Shown here: one piece after another, positions 32,718 through 42,673 of the stretch | Position numbering within the stretch: position 1 is the first letter of the stretch | Layout of the letters: each line of letters starts with the position of its first letter | DNA from: a bacterium | GTDB lineage: Bacteria; UBA8248 | Direction of reading: 5' to 3' | Assembly (NCBI GenBank): GCA_963692865.2 | Contig: OY843592.1 | Span: 2,592,001 to 2,656,000 of the forward strand | DNA: 64,000 bases | Made by a program: the position numbers and the translations under genes | Notes under the pieces: generated by a model | Told to the model about the DNA's origin: nothing | What the model saw: the letters and a program-made list of their open reading frames with translations, nothing else | Database searches by the model: none

Positions 32718-35243
32718 GTGCACCCCCTGCATCTGCTGGCGGTCGGTTACATAGCGGGTCTGTTGACGGGCGGGGTTTCCTTCGACTTCGAGCGGGGAGA
32801 CGCGGCGTCGACCCTCACCGCCGCGCTCGTGCCGGCCTTCTCGATCATCCTCGCCATGAGCCGCCGCATTCGCGGAAAGACCCAGGGGCTCCTCGCTGCA
32901 ACCCTCGTGTTCATGGGATTCGCCGCCTCTTTCGCCGTGCCCGCCCTCCACCGCCATGCGACGCCTGCGCATCACCTGCTGCGACAGGTTCCCTACGAGC
33001 GCATGAACCTCACGGGCCACCTCTCCCGGCCCGTGGAGCGAAACAAAAGCGCGTCGCGCAGGCCGCGCATATACCTCGAAGTGGAGCGCGCCCTCATCCG
33101 CGGCGTCGAGGTTCCTATGACCGGCGTCGTTCGGATCACGCTGGCCTCACGCCTCGAGAAAATCCCCGAGGTGGGCGACAGGCTTCTCATCCGGCGCGTC
33201 CGCCTGAGGCCTCCCGAGCGCTTCAAGAACCCGGGCGGGTTCGACTACCGCGAATTCCTGCGGCTGAGAGGCGTCCACGCCGTCGCCTACGGCTCCGTGC
33301 GCAACGTTCATCTTTTAGAACCGATGGAGAAACGGGGCTGGCGGCGGATTTTGTTCCGCTTCCGCGAGCGCATGAGCGCCCACATGCGCGCCGTCTACCC
33401 CGAGCGCGCCGCCGGCCTCATCGAGGCGATGACCATCGGCCTGCGGGACGGCATCGACACCAAACTCAAGGACGCCTTCAGGAAGTCGGGCGCTGCGCAT
33501 CTGCTCGCCATCAGCGGGCTTCACGTGGGCTTCATCGCCGCTTTTTTCTTCTTCGGCCTGCAAGGTTTTCTCCGCAGGCTTCCGCCCTGGGCTTTCCCCC
33601 TGCGACCGTTCGTGTTCACGCCGTCGAAACTCGCATCGCTCGGCGTCATCCCCCTCGTGATTCTGTTCGCGCTGCTGAGCGGCGCGCGGATTTCCACGGT
33701 GCGCGCCACCATCATGATCGTCACCTATCTCCTCACCCGGCTCCTGGAGCGGCCCGGATCGGCGATCCACTCCGTGCTTCTCGCCGCCCTGATCATCCTG
33801 CTGGTTGAACCCGGCTTCATCTGGGACGTGGGGTTTCAACTCTCCTTCGTTGCGGTGAGCGCCATCATCCTGGCGGCGGACAGGCTCCCGCGGCCCGAAG
33901 CGCGCCTGAGAATCCGGGAGAAGGAGTGGTGGCTCGCGCGCGCGCACCAACTCGCCGTCATCCAACTGGTCGTCACCGCGTCGATCACGCCGCTCACGGC
34001 GCTCCATTTCCATCAGGCGCATCCCATCGGCCTGATCGTGAATTTTCTGCTCATTCCGCTCGCCTCGCTTCTCGTGCCCCTCGCCTTCGCGGCGAGCGCC
34101 ATCGCCGCCCTCATTCCGGCGGGCGCGGGCGCGCTCCTGCTCCCCGCCGCGTGGCTCGCCGGCGCTCTCGCGCAGTTCATGATTCTCGTGTCGACCTGGT
34201 CCGCCTCCATTCCATGGGCCACGATCATTGCGCCGAGTCCCCAGGCCTGGCTCATCGCCTCCGTCTACGCACTCATGGCCCTGGCGTTGCGATCAAGGCG
34301 CGCGCGGCGGCGGCGAATCGCCTGGGCGGGCGTGTGCTGCCTGATTTTTTTCCTCCTGCTCCCCGGCGCCTCTACACAGGCCTCAGGGCCAAAGCGGACC
34401 ACGCTGCTTCTTCCCGACGCCGGTAACGTGGACGCCTTTTTCCTGCGCCTCCCCGACGGGAAAGGGCTGGCGGTCGACGCCTCAGGCAAACGGGCGGGCG
34501 GCTTCAACGCCTGGGGAAACGTGCTCGCTCCCCTGATGCGCCGGGAGAACGAGTTGAGCTGGCGCACGATGCTCAGCCTCTCCAGATATCCCAAAGAGCA
34601 ACTCGCTGCGAACGCGTTCGCCACAGGCATACGGATCGAAAACCTGCTTCGCATAGGCGACCTCAGGACTTCCGCGCCGTATCGCTCCCGTCTCAGCAAG
34701 CGGCGCCGCTCTCCCCGCGCCATATGGCGGATGAGCGGAGGCGCAGCGCGGGTTTCCCTGCATTCGTGGAGAGGAGGCGCGATGGGTTTCGAGGTTCAAA
34801 ACCCGGGTTCGCGCTGGCTGCTCATGCTGCGCTCCAGATATCCGGCGTTCGACGCAAGGTGGTTTCGAGGCAAGAGATACGACCTCGTGCGCCTGCCCGA
34901 GAGCCTGCTCAGAAAACGGGAAGTGCTCGACTGGCTGGAGGCGCGTCCGCCCCGCGCCGTCGTGGCCGCTCCCCAGAGGGTGGAATGGATGCGGACCGGC
35001 CTTTGGCGCGAAACGAGGAGAAGGCAGAGAAGACTGGGGGTCTATCGCCCCTGGCGCGGGGGAATGCTGCGCGTTCGGGCGGGCGGCGGGGCGGCTGGCG
35101 CGCGTCTTTTAATCGAGCGATTCCGCGCGCCCGAACCCTGGCCCGGGAGCGGCGCCGCTCGGTGGGTCGCGTTTCGAAGGAGTCTCGCGCCTGGATTATC
35201 AAACCGCGGGAAGATAAATCGACGGGTCGCCTACACCAGGTGA
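32718..35243 (+). CDS. comEC: ComEC/Rec2 DNA uptake channel
   Basis: NPGGFDY, AHLLAISGLHVG, RATIM, GFQLSF; the C-terminal MBL-like domain is degenerate. Confidence 0.9.
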   Translation: MHPLHLLAVGYIAGLLTGGVSFDFERGDAASTLTAALVPAFSIILAMSRRIRGKTQGLLAATLVFMGFAASFAVPALHRHATPAHHLLRQVPYERMNLTGHLSRPVERNKSASRRPRIYLEVERALIRGVEVPMTGVVRITLASRLEKIPEVGDRLLIRRVRLRPPERFKNPGGFDYREFLRLRGVHAVAYGSVRNVHLLEPMEKRGWRRILFRFRERMSAHMRAVYPERAAGLIEAMTIGLRDGIDTKLKDAFRKSGAAHLLAISGLHVGFIAAFFFFGLQGFLRRLPPWAFPLRPFVFTPSKLASLGVIPLVILFALLSGARISTVRATIMIVTYLLTRLLERPGSAIHSVLLAALIILLVEPGFIWDVGFQLSFVAVSAIILAADRLPRPEARLRIREKEWWLARAHQLAVIQLVVTASITPLTALHFHQAHPIGLIVNFLLIPLASLLVPLAFAASAIAALIPAGAGALLLPAAWLAGALAQFMILVSTWSASIPWATIIAPSPQAWLIASVYALMALALRSRRARRRRIAWAGVCCLIFFLLLPGASTQASGPKRTTLLLPDAGNVDAFFLRLPDGKGLAVDASGKRAGGFNAWGNVLAPLMRRENELSWRTMLSLSRYPKEQLAANAFATGIRIENLLRIGDLRTSAPYRSRLSKRRRSPRAIWRMSGGAARVSLHSWRGGAMGFEVQNPGSRWLLMLRSRYPAFDARWFRGKRYDLVRLPESLLRKREVLDWLEARPPRAVVAAPQRVEWMRTGLWRETRRRQRRLGVYRPWRGGMLRVRAGGGAAGARLLIERFRAPEPWPGSGAARWVAFRRSLAPGLSNRGKINRRVAYTR

Positions 35244-35251
35244 ACCGAACC

Positions 35252-35646
35252 GAGGTTGTTGAAAAAGCCCCTTCACGAAAATCCTTCATTCGCGGAGGCG
35301 GCCTTTGATCGTCATTTCGGCGCACGCCGGAATCCAGAGCCGAGGAGGAAGGCAACAGCACCGGACAGCCCCAAAAACAACAAGACAAAAACAATAAAGC
35401 CAAAACCAAATTCCCTGGATTCCGGCGTGCGCCGGAATGACGGCGGGGACAAGCCCCTGGGAGAAGAAAAGCGGGGTCATCGGATGGCCCTGCGCAGGGC
35501 GCGATAGTTCTGTAGCAAGACAAGCCTTTTGGGTTGTCCTGCCCTCCGTGGTTGTCCTTTGTCAGGACAGGCACGGAGGCCTGTCCCTACGGTGAATAAT
35601 TCAACGATCGGGATTCCCTCCCCGACGAGGGATTTTCAACAGCCCC
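35252..35646. mobile_element. 395-bp MITE-like element with REP cargo
   Basis: Left end GAGGTTGTTGAAAAA, right end TTTTCAACAGCCCC. Direct repeat GAACC at 35247-35251 and 35647-35651. Contains a CGTC-REP pair (35310-35336, 35416-35442) and GTAG-type REPs (35512-35590). Confidence 0.8.
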
Positions 35647-35702
35647 GAACCGGGCGGGCCGCCTGCTCCCGGTGATACAAGCCCCCGTGGAACGGCCCCG
35701 AA

Positions 35703-37406
35703 TCAGTCGCCCGCGTCGGGCGGGGGCGCCGTGGCGGCCCCGCCCCGGAAGGACTTCACCGTCCGCGTCCAGCGGGAGGAAAGAACCTCCCGGTCGATGG
35801 GGCAGTCGATGACGTGGACGCCGCCCCCCGCCTGGGATTCGCGGATGGCGCTCGCCAACTCCTCCGCCGACTCCACGCGCCGGCCATGCGCGCCGAACGC
35901 GCGCGCGAGGGCCGGGAAATCGGGGTTGTTGAGCGAGGTGGCGATGTAGCGCTCGCCGAACACGTGTTTTTGCGAGTGCCTGAGCGCGTTGTATTCCCCG
36001 TCGTTGAAAATGAGATAGGTGATGGACAGATCGAGCGCCATAGCCGTGGCCAGTTCGCCGCAGACCATGGTGAAGCTGCCGTCGCCCACGACGGCGCACA
36101 CGGGCCGCTCGGGCGCGCCCAGCTTCGCCCCGATGGCCGCGCCCACGGCGTAGCCCATCGACTGGTAGGCTTCGGAGAGCAAAATGCTTCTCGGGCGGTG
36201 GACGACGAACGCCTGCTCCATGAGCCAGCTCTGGGTGGCCGAGGAATCGGAGACGAAAATCGTATCCGGCGAGGCGTTATCGCGCAGCGTCTTCATCACG
36301 AACAGACCGTGAAAGGGCGGCTCGGCGGGCTGCGCCAGAAACGAACGGAGCCTCTCCTCATAGCGCCTTTTCCCTTCGCGCACGCGGACGTGACCTTCAG
36401 AAAGCGCGGCGTCCTCAGCGTCGGCGATTCTCCTGAGCAGGCCATCGAGCGCGGGCTTGAGATCGCTCACCAGGCCTTTCGACGCCGGGTAATTCCGCCC
36501 GACCCGCTCGGGGTCGATGTCTATCTGCACGAGATTCTTCGGCATCGGCGCCTTGAAGTAGAAGGTGGCGAACTGCCCGAAACCCGTGCCCAGAGCCAGA
36601 CACAAATCCGCCTCTTCGAGCATCTCCTCACAGCCCAGGAAATGCGCGAGGCCGAAGGAGAGCGGATCGGCTTCGGAGAGAATCCCCCGCCCCTTCACGG
36701 AAGTGACGACGGGCGCGCCCAGTTTCGACGCCAGAAGCTGCACCTCTCTCTCGCAGCGGGCGGCCACCACGCCGTTTCCCGCGTATATCACGGGGCGCCT
36801 GGCGGCCAGGAGCGACTCCGCGATCTCATCGAGCGCGCGCTCGTCCACGGGCGGCGGGGGCGGCGGCCCCTCGAACTCGGGCGCGATGATCACCCGCTCC
36901 TCTTCGGCTTGAAAGAGGTTCGCCTTCATCACCACCTGCGCCGGGCCGGGCCTTCCCGCCGCCGCCCAGCGGAACGCCGCCTCGACGGCGGGCGCGATGC
37001 CCGCGACCGAATCGGGCGTGAACGCCTTTTTCACGCAGCCCGCGAGCGCCTTTTCCATGTCCACGTCGTGGATGGCGCTTCTGTCCCGCATGTTGTCTGC
37101 GAGCGTGGCCGTCACCGCGACGACGGGCGCCGCGTCCTCGAATGCGGAGCGGAGCGCGGTGGCGACGTTCGTGCCGCCCGGCCCCGGCACGGTGAAGACC
37201 ACGCCCGTCCTGCCTGAAACCTTGGCGTAGCCGTCCGCCGCGAAGCCCGCCCCCTGCTCGTGGCGCGTGACGACGGGCGTCGCGCCAGCGCCGTCGATCA
37301 TCGCGTCGTAGACCGGCAGCGTGAGCGTGCCCGGAATGCCGAAAATGTATTCCGCGCCGTTCGCCTGAAGCGCATCCAGCAGGACCTGCGATCCGTTTCG
37401 CGCCAC
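35703..37406 (-). CDS. Thiamine diphosphate-dependent enzyme (acetolactate synthase-like superfamily)
   Basis: FGIPG, RHEQGAGFAADGYA, GPGGTN, GDGSF...NDG ThDP motif; GGAG RBS before GTG 37406. Confidence 0.9.
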   Translation of the reverse strand: MARNGSQVLLDALQANGAEYIFGIPGTLTLPVYDAMIDGAGATPVVTRHEQGAGFAADGYAKVSGRTGVVFTVPGPGGTNVATALRSAFEDAAPVVAVTATLADNMRDRSAIHDVDMEKALAGCVKKAFTPDSVAGIAPAVEAAFRWAAAGRPGPAQVVMKANLFQAEEERVIIAPEFEGPPPPPPVDERALDEIAESLLAARRPVIYAGNGVVAARCEREVQLLASKLGAPVVTSVKGRGILSEADPLSFGLAHFLGCEEMLEEADLCLALGTGFGQFATFYFKAPMPKNLVQIDIDPERVGRNYPASKGLVSDLKPALDGLLRRIADAEDAALSEGHVRVREGKRRYEERLRSFLAQPAEPPFHGLFVMKTLRDNASPDTIFVSDSSATQSWLMEQAFVVHRPRSILLSEAYQSMGYAVGAAIGAKLGAPERPVCAVVGDGSFTMVCGELATAMALDLSITYLIFNDGEYNALRHSQKHVFGERYIATSLNNPDFPALARAFGAHGRRVESAEELASAIRESQAGGGVHVIDCPIDREVLSSRWTRTVKSFRGGAATAPPPDAGD

Positions 37407-37626
37407 CTGAAACTCCTCCGGTTCCCTCGAAGATACAAAACCCGCCAAAGCTAGGCGGCATCCGCGCGCGTGTCAACTTCCACGCCCGTTTGCGCGCGGA
37501 GGGGGGATGGACTACCTTCTCGACTGTTTCATATCGGCAGACATCGTGGGGAACGAATGGATAAGTAGCCGGGGTTCGCGGGAGGCGGAGCCGACTGTTC
37601 GGGGTTGCGGAAAAAGCGCCTGACAA

Positions 37627-37914
37627 GGGTTGTTGAGAAAGTCCTGACGAACGAAGTTTGGCGCAACCGATGAAAGAGCAAGAACCACTCCCCCCTTGAG
37701 GGGGAGTCGATGAAGCCGAGCGGTTTGTGCGAAGGCTGAATCGGTGGGGGGTAAAACGTGTTTGATCGCCATTACGAATTATACCCCCCACCGAATCGCT
37801 TCCGGGCTTACGCCCTCAGCTCTTCGACTCCCCCTCAAGGGGGGAGTGAAATCTCCGCCCTCTTAGGTCGGCTCCATACGCAGAATCACGAAATCAGGGT
37901 TTTTCAACAGCCAC
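37627..37914. mobile_element. 288-bp MITE-like element carrying a family D palindrome pair
   Basis: Ends GGGTTGTTGAGAAA and TTTTTCAACAGCCAC. GACAA duplicated at 37622-37626 and 37915-37919. Cargo is an inverted pair of ACTCCCCC..GGGGGAGT hairpins (37686-37709, 37825-37848). Confidence 0.75.
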
Positions 37915-37978
37915 GACAAAGGGGGGTCGACAAGGGAGGTAGAAGCTATGCCCCCGACGAGGGATTATTGACGGCCCC

Positions 37979-38097
37979 GTAGGGACAAACCCCTCCTCGG
38001 GGTTGTCCTGCCCTCCGTGGTTGTCCTTTGCCAGGGTTTCGGACAGGCACGGAGGCCTGTCCCTGCGGTCGCCGCTCAGGGAGTTTTTCAACGGCCC
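37979..38097. repeat. GTAG-type REP doublet followed by a right TIR
   Basis: GTAGGGACA...GGACAGGCACGGAGGCCTGTCCCTGC (37979-38066), similar to 35512-35590; then TTTTTCAACGGCCC. Confidence 0.7.
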
Positions 38098-38119
38098 TCA
38101 TCGGTGGGATTCGGCCTCC

Positions 38120-38230
38120 CTCATCCCGAGTAGGCGCGCTTGCGCGCCGTATCGAGGGACGGACGAACCCCTTCGATACAAACGCTCTTTTCTCAGTCGC
38201 GTTTGACCTTCGGCGGCTGCTCAGGGTGAG
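38120..38230. repeat. Family C REP-like inverted pair
   Basis: 38120-38161 is identical to 32619-32660; 38169-38230 is the uninterrupted version of 52455-52724. Confidence 0.8.
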
Positions 38231-38305
38231 GAAGATGGGGGGGACGGCAGAACCTGCCCGGGCACGGCGAGGCGCAATACCGGTTCGCGGCCGGGCGGCG
38301 AGCGC

Positions 38306-39070
38306 ATGATGGAGAAATCGATGTTCAGCAGGCAAGCGGTAGACGCACTCAAGGAGGCGGAATCGGTGGCCGTCCTGACCGGGGCGGGCGTGAGCGCGGA
38401 GAGCGGCGTGCCCACCTTCCGGGGAGCGGGCGGCCTCTGGCGCGAGTACAGCGCCACCTCGCTGGCGACGCCCGAGGCCTTTCGCGCCGACCCCAGGCTC
38501 GTCTGGGAGTTTTACAACTACCGCCGCGAGGCGCTCGCGCCGCTCTCCCCCAACCCGGGACATTACGCCATCGCCTCGCTGGAAGAGCACGTCAAGCGCT
38601 TCACCCTCATCACGCAGAACATCGACGACCTCCACCGCCTCGCCGGGACGAGGGAGATCGTGGAGCTTCACGGCAACATCTGGCGCGTCCGCTGCACGAA
38701 CCCGGGCTGTGAGCGCTACACGCTCGCGTGGGAGAACCGGGACGTGCCGGTCGACCCCCTGCCCCCTCATTGCGAGGCGTGCGAGAGCCTTCTGCGGCCC
38801 CACGTGGTGTGGTTCGGGGAGATGCTCGACCCCGAGCAGTTGCGCCGGGCGCTGGTTGCGGTGGATGATTGCGATTACCTGATCGTGGCGGGCACGTCCG
38901 CCGCGGTGCAGCCTGCCGCCTCGATGCCCATGACGGCCTCGCGGGGCGGCGCGTTCGTGCTCGAGGTGAACCCCGAGCCGACGGACATCAGCCCGTACAT
39001 GAGCGAGGCGGTGCAGGAGCCCTCGGGCGCCGCCCTCCCCCGCCTGCTCGAAGCGGCCTTAGGAGGATAG
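38306..39070 (+). CDS. cobB: NAD-dependent protein deacylase (sirtuin, CobB-like)
   Basis: GAGVSAESGVPTFRG, TQNIDDLH, ELHG, RPHVVWFGE; the Y..R in FYNYRR is typical of desuccinylases. Confidence 0.92.
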   Translation: MMEKSMFSRQAVDALKEAESVAVLTGAGVSAESGVPTFRGAGGLWREYSATSLATPEAFRADPRLVWEFYNYRREALAPLSPNPGHYAIASLEEHVKRFTLITQNIDDLHRLAGTREIVELHGNIWRVRCTNPGCERYTLAWENRDVPVDPLPPHCEACESLLRPHVVWFGEMLDPEQLRRALVAVDDCDYLIVAGTSAAVQPAASMPMTASRGGAFVLEVNPEPTDISPYMSEAVQEPSGAALPRLLEAALGG

Positions 39071-39072
39071 CG

Positions 39073-40335
39073 ATGGCGCGGCCCAGGCTTACGGCGGTGC
39101 GCGGCGTGAGAGACATTCTGCCGGAGGAATCAAAACACTGGCATGGCGCCGAACGCCTGGCGCGCGAGATTTTCACGCGCTACGGCTACGGAGAGATTAG
39201 AGTGCCCGTGTTCGAGCGCACGGAGCTTTTCGCGCGCGGCATCGGCGAGGAAACCGACATCGTCTCCAAGGAGATGTACACCTTTGAGGACAAGGGCGGC
39301 GACTCCATCACCCTCCGTCCCGAGGCGACCGCCTCGATTTGCCGCGCCTACGTCCAAAACGGCCTCCACAACCGCGCGAGCGTCTCGAAACTCTTCTGCA
39401 TCGGCCCCATGTTCCGCTACGAGCGTCCCCAGGCGGGCCGCCTGCGGCAGTTCCACCAGATAGACGCCGAGGTGTTCGGCTCGGTGGACCCGGCGGTCGA
39501 CGCCGAACTCATCGTGATGCTCATGGAATTTCTGGACGCCATGGGGGTCGAGGGGCTGGCGCTCCAGATCAACAACCTGGGCGATGCGGAATGCCGCCCG
39601 GCCTACGCCGCCGCCCTCCAGGAGTATCTCAAGCAAGAAACGAAGCACCTGGGCGCCGAAACCGCCGAGCGGGTCGAGCGCAACCCGCTTCGTTTTCTCG
39701 ACAGCAAGGACCCGGATCACCAGGAGATCATCGCGCGCGCGCCGAGGATAGACGCCTTCTGGAACGAGCAGTGCGGTGAGCATCTGGAGAGCGTATGCCG
39801 CTTTCTGGAAAGCGCGGGCGTCGCGTATGAGATAAACCCGAGGCTCGTTCGCGGCCTCGACTACTACTGCCTCACCGTGTTCGAGGTGACGAGCGAGAGC
39901 CTCGGAGCGCAGAACGCGGTGTGCGGCGGGGGGCGCTACGACGGCCTCGTGGAGGAGTTGGGCGGCCCACCCACGCCGGGCATCGGCTTCGCGGTCGGCG
40001 TGGAGCGGCTCCTGCAACTGGCGGGCGAAAAGGCCCCCGCCCCGAAAGAAGAAGCGCAAGTCTACATCGTCGCGCTCGGCGACGCCGCGCAGGACCAGGT
40101 ATTCGAGCTCGCCACCGAGTTGCGCGCGCAGGGGGTTCGCACCGAACGCTCCTTCGGCGGGGGCAGCATGAAAAGCCAGATGAGGCGCGCAGACCGCTCG
40201 GGCGCGGCTTTCGTGCTCCTGCTCGGCGAGGATGAGGCCGCCAAAGGGGTGGTGAGCGTCCGCCACATGAACGAGAGCCGCCAGACCGAGGTGAGGCGCG
40301 AGGAAATATCGGATTATATTAAAGAGAATTTATAG
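39073..40335 (+). CDS. hisS: Histidine-tRNA ligase
   Basis: GGAGG RBS; LRPEAT, FRYERPQAGRLRQFHQ, LVRGLDYY, GGGRYDGL. Confidence 0.97.
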   Translation: MARPRLTAVRGVRDILPEESKHWHGAERLAREIFTRYGYGEIRVPVFERTELFARGIGEETDIVSKEMYTFEDKGGDSITLRPEATASICRAYVQNGLHNRASVSKLFCIGPMFRYERPQAGRLRQFHQIDAEVFGSVDPAVDAELIVMLMEFLDAMGVEGLALQINNLGDAECRPAYAAALQEYLKQETKHLGAETAERVERNPLRFLDSKDPDHQEIIARAPRIDAFWNEQCGEHLESVCRFLESAGVAYEINPRLVRGLDYYCLTVFEVTSESLGAQNAVCGGGRYDGLVEELGGPPTPGIGFAVGVERLLQLAGEKAPAPKEEAQVYIVALGDAAQDQVFELATELRAQGVRTERSFGGGSMKSQMRRADRSGAAFVLLLGEDEAAKGVVSVRHMNESRQTEVRREEISDYIKENL

Positions 40336-40365
40336 GTTAAATAACAATATCTTACAAATTGTTGT

Positions 40366-41313
40366 TCAAGTAGATTCAGAATCTTTGCAGAGCCATTCAT
40401 ACACGCTGACGACCCCCACTTCGCTGAATCCCAGACTTTGATAGAAGGCGCGCACATCCTCGTTATCGCCGGAAACGATGAGTTCGAGCGCCTCCGCGCC
40501 GCAATCCCGCGCTCTTTGGGCAGAGGTCTGGATCAGCAGGCGGCCCAGCCCTCTTCTGCGGTGAGCGGGCATGACGCCGATGTCGGGAATGTAGACGGCT
40601 TTATCGCCCGCAGCCAACCGGTTCGGGTCGACGGCCAGTATCGCCATCCCCGCGCCCTCGGGGTTTCCCGATTCGCCATTCAAAAACTCGAGGATGAACG
40701 AATTCTCAGGTCTAGTGTCCGGCGCGTCGTACCAGGCGGTGATCGTCTCGACCGTATGGGGCATGAAATTCCACATGTTCTCGAAAATCCCGTTGAAAAG
40801 CTCTGCAAGGTACTGCGCGTCGCCGGGCAGGGCCGCCGCTCGAATCCCGTAGCCCGAGGGCAGGAGCGGCTCCCCCAGCTCTTCGAGCGAGTCGTGCTTC
40901 AGGAAGCGGAGGTCGTGAACCTTCCGCCCCCCGCTCAGATACACGAAACGCCCCGGGAGCGAGACGGGCAGATACGCCCAGATGCCGCCCAGGCCGTTTT
41001 CCCGGGCCTCGGCGAGGGCCGCCTCGAGCAGATGACGCGCGTAGCCCGCCTTCCTGGCTTCGGGCCGCACGTAGAGCGCGTCGATGCAGGCCCTGCCCCG
41101 CGCCCGCGCCTCCCTGTTCACCACCATCCGGCAATAGCCCGCCGGATGCTCGTCACTCCCCTCGCCCGGCCAGGCCAGCCAGACCTTCGTGCCCGGCGCG
41201 CCGAACCCGCCGACCACCTCCTCGCGCGAAAGCCCGAAAGCCTCCGCCGCCAGGGCGGTCAGCGCATGGGTGTGCTGCGGCCCGACGGGCTCGACCCTAG
41301 CCGCGATGGACAT
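40366..41313 (-). CDS. Tandem GNAT acetyltransferase
   Basis: Two acetyl-CoA motifs: VRPEARKAGYA and VMPAHRRRGLG. Confidence 0.8.
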   Translation of the reverse strand: MSIAARVEPVGPQHTHALTALAAEAFGLSREEVVGGFGAPGTKVWLAWPGEGSDEHPAGYCRMVVNREARARGRACIDALYVRPEARKAGYARHLLEAALAEARENGLGGIWAYLPVSLPGRFVYLSGGRKVHDLRFLKHDSLEELGEPLLPSGYGIRAAALPGDAQYLAELFNGIFENMWNFMPHTVETITAWYDAPDTRPENSFILEFLNGESGNPEGAGMAILAVDPNRLAAGDKAVYIPDIGVMPAHRRRGLGRLLIQTSAQRARDCGAEALELIVSGDNEDVRAFYQSLGFSEVGVVSVYEWLCKDSEST

Positions 41314-41689
41314 GCACCTTCCCTTCGTCGATCATTTTCTCGAATTTTCTCATCAGCCAGCCCCGCACAACGGCCCGAACCGCGGGAACCATAAGCGCGA
41401 AGCCGGCGGCGTCGGTGAGAAGACCGGGCGTGAGCAGCAGCACGCCGCCCACGAGCACCATCGCGCCCTCGACCATCTCGGCGCCGGGGAGGCTCCCCGC
41501 CGCCATTTCCGCCTGGATGCGCGAGAGGGCGTAAAACCCCTGGGTTCTCGCCGCCCACGCGCCGAGCGCGCCCGTGAGAATCACGACCCCCAGCGTAGGC
41601 GCAAGGCCGATGGAGGTTCCCAGATCGATGAGAATCATCAGTTCGATGATGGGGATGAGCGTAAAGAGCAAAAACAGTTTGAAGATCAA
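41297..41689 (-). CDS. fxsA: FxsA family membrane protein
   Basis: IPIIEL...GGVLLLTPGLLTD. Confidence 0.9.
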   Translation of the reverse strand: MIFKLFLLFTLIPIIELMILIDLGTSIGLAPTLGVVILTGALGAWAARTQGFYALSRIQAEMAAGSLPGAEMVEGAMVLVGGVLLLTPGLLTDAAGFALMVPAVRAVVRGWLMRKFEKMIDEGKVHVHRG

Positions 41690-41836
41690 GGGGCCTCTCC
41701 TTCCTGGCGCGTTTCGCGGATTTTACCACGAGTCCGCGCGGAATGGATATATGAGAAATTTGCGCTCAGCGGGGAGAATAAAGGTATACGCTGGAAAAGG
41801 ATTATCAAGCGGAGCCATCTCTCATTGAAGGCGCCC

Positions 41837-41865
41837 TTGACGCATTTTGTCAATTATGACAACAT
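41837..41865 (+). promoter_or_regulatory. Putative TA promoter with palindromic operator
   Basis: TTGACG at 41837-41842; palindrome TTGTCA-ATTA-TGACAA at 41847-41862, just before the toxin ATG. Confidence 0.6.
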
Positions 41866-41871
41866 TTTCGA

Positions 41872-42222
41872 ATGAACGACGACACGCGGCCGATTGGGTG
41901 GATCAGGGCGGCACGCAAAACGTATGAGACGTTTCCCTTGAGCGTTCGGGATCGCTTCAACACTGCTCTGACGATTGCCGCAGAAGGCGGCAAGGCCGAC
42001 ATCGCCAAACCGCTGAAAGGACTTGGGTCCGGCGTCATTGAGATCGCGGTACGCTACCGGAGCGACGCCTACCGCGTCGTCTATGCTGTAGAGATCGCCG
42101 GAGCCTTGTGGGTGGTTCACGCCTTTCAGAAGAAGTCGAAGACGGGGATCAAGACCCCGAAGGCCGAGATCGATCTCATCCGGGCGAGATTGGGACGCCT
42201 GAAGAAGGAGTTGCGGCAATGA
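41872..42222 (+). CDS. Type II toxin, RelE/HigB-like (Gp49/DUF891 type)
   Basis: KPLKGLGSGVIEI, YRVVY, HAFQKKSKTGIKTP. Confidence 0.88.
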   Translation: MNDDTRPIGWIRAARKTYETFPLSVRDRFNTALTIAAEGGKADIAKPLKGLGSGVIEIAVRYRSDAYRVVYAVEIAGALWVVHAFQKKSKTGIKTPKAEIDLIRARLGRLKKELRQ

Positions 42223-42560
42223 ATGAACACGATTTCGAACTGGTCCGGGGAAGCGGAAACGTCTTCCGGGACTTCGATGACCCTCACGCGGATTTGAAAC
42301 AGGCCAAGGCGATCCTCGCCGCCCGGATCATCGCGGTGCTCGACGAACGCAACCTCACGGTGAGAAAGGCCGCGGGCATGACCGGTTTCGCCGCGGCGGA
42401 TTTCTCGCGGATACGCAACGCGGCTCTCGGGCGTTTCACGCTGGATCGGCTGATGAAGATGCTCGCCGCCCTGGACGGGCGCATCCGGGTTACGGTCCAC
42501 CTCGACACACGGCAAGCCGGGCAAGCAGCCGTGCCGGTCCCTGGCCGACAGATGGCATAA
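42219..42560 (+). CDS. XRE-family HTH antitoxin (HigA-like)
   Basis: ATGA overlap with the toxin; GSGNVFRD, HTH, RFTLDRL. Confidence 0.88.
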   Translation: MNEHDFELVRGSGNVFRDFDDPHADLKQAKAILAARIIAVLDERNLTVRKAAGMTGFAAADFSRIRNAALGRFTLDRLMKMLAALDGRIRVTVHLDTRQAGQAAVPVPGRQMA

Positions 42561-42673
42561 GCAGAGCGCCCCTTTTCAGGCCAGATGAAAAACCCTTATA
42601 AAGTCCCATAACGCATTTCATACATCCACGCGATGCGGCTACCGCGCTCGATGAGACGGAAGGAGGCTACGAC

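Noticed and set aside
37512-38309. Short ORFs over repeat mosaics (also 32409-32693, 50209-50764, 52254-53025)
   Set aside because: They are translations of REP/TIR sequence; the same peptides (SSTPPQGGS, WIPAFAGMT) recur wherever the repeats do.
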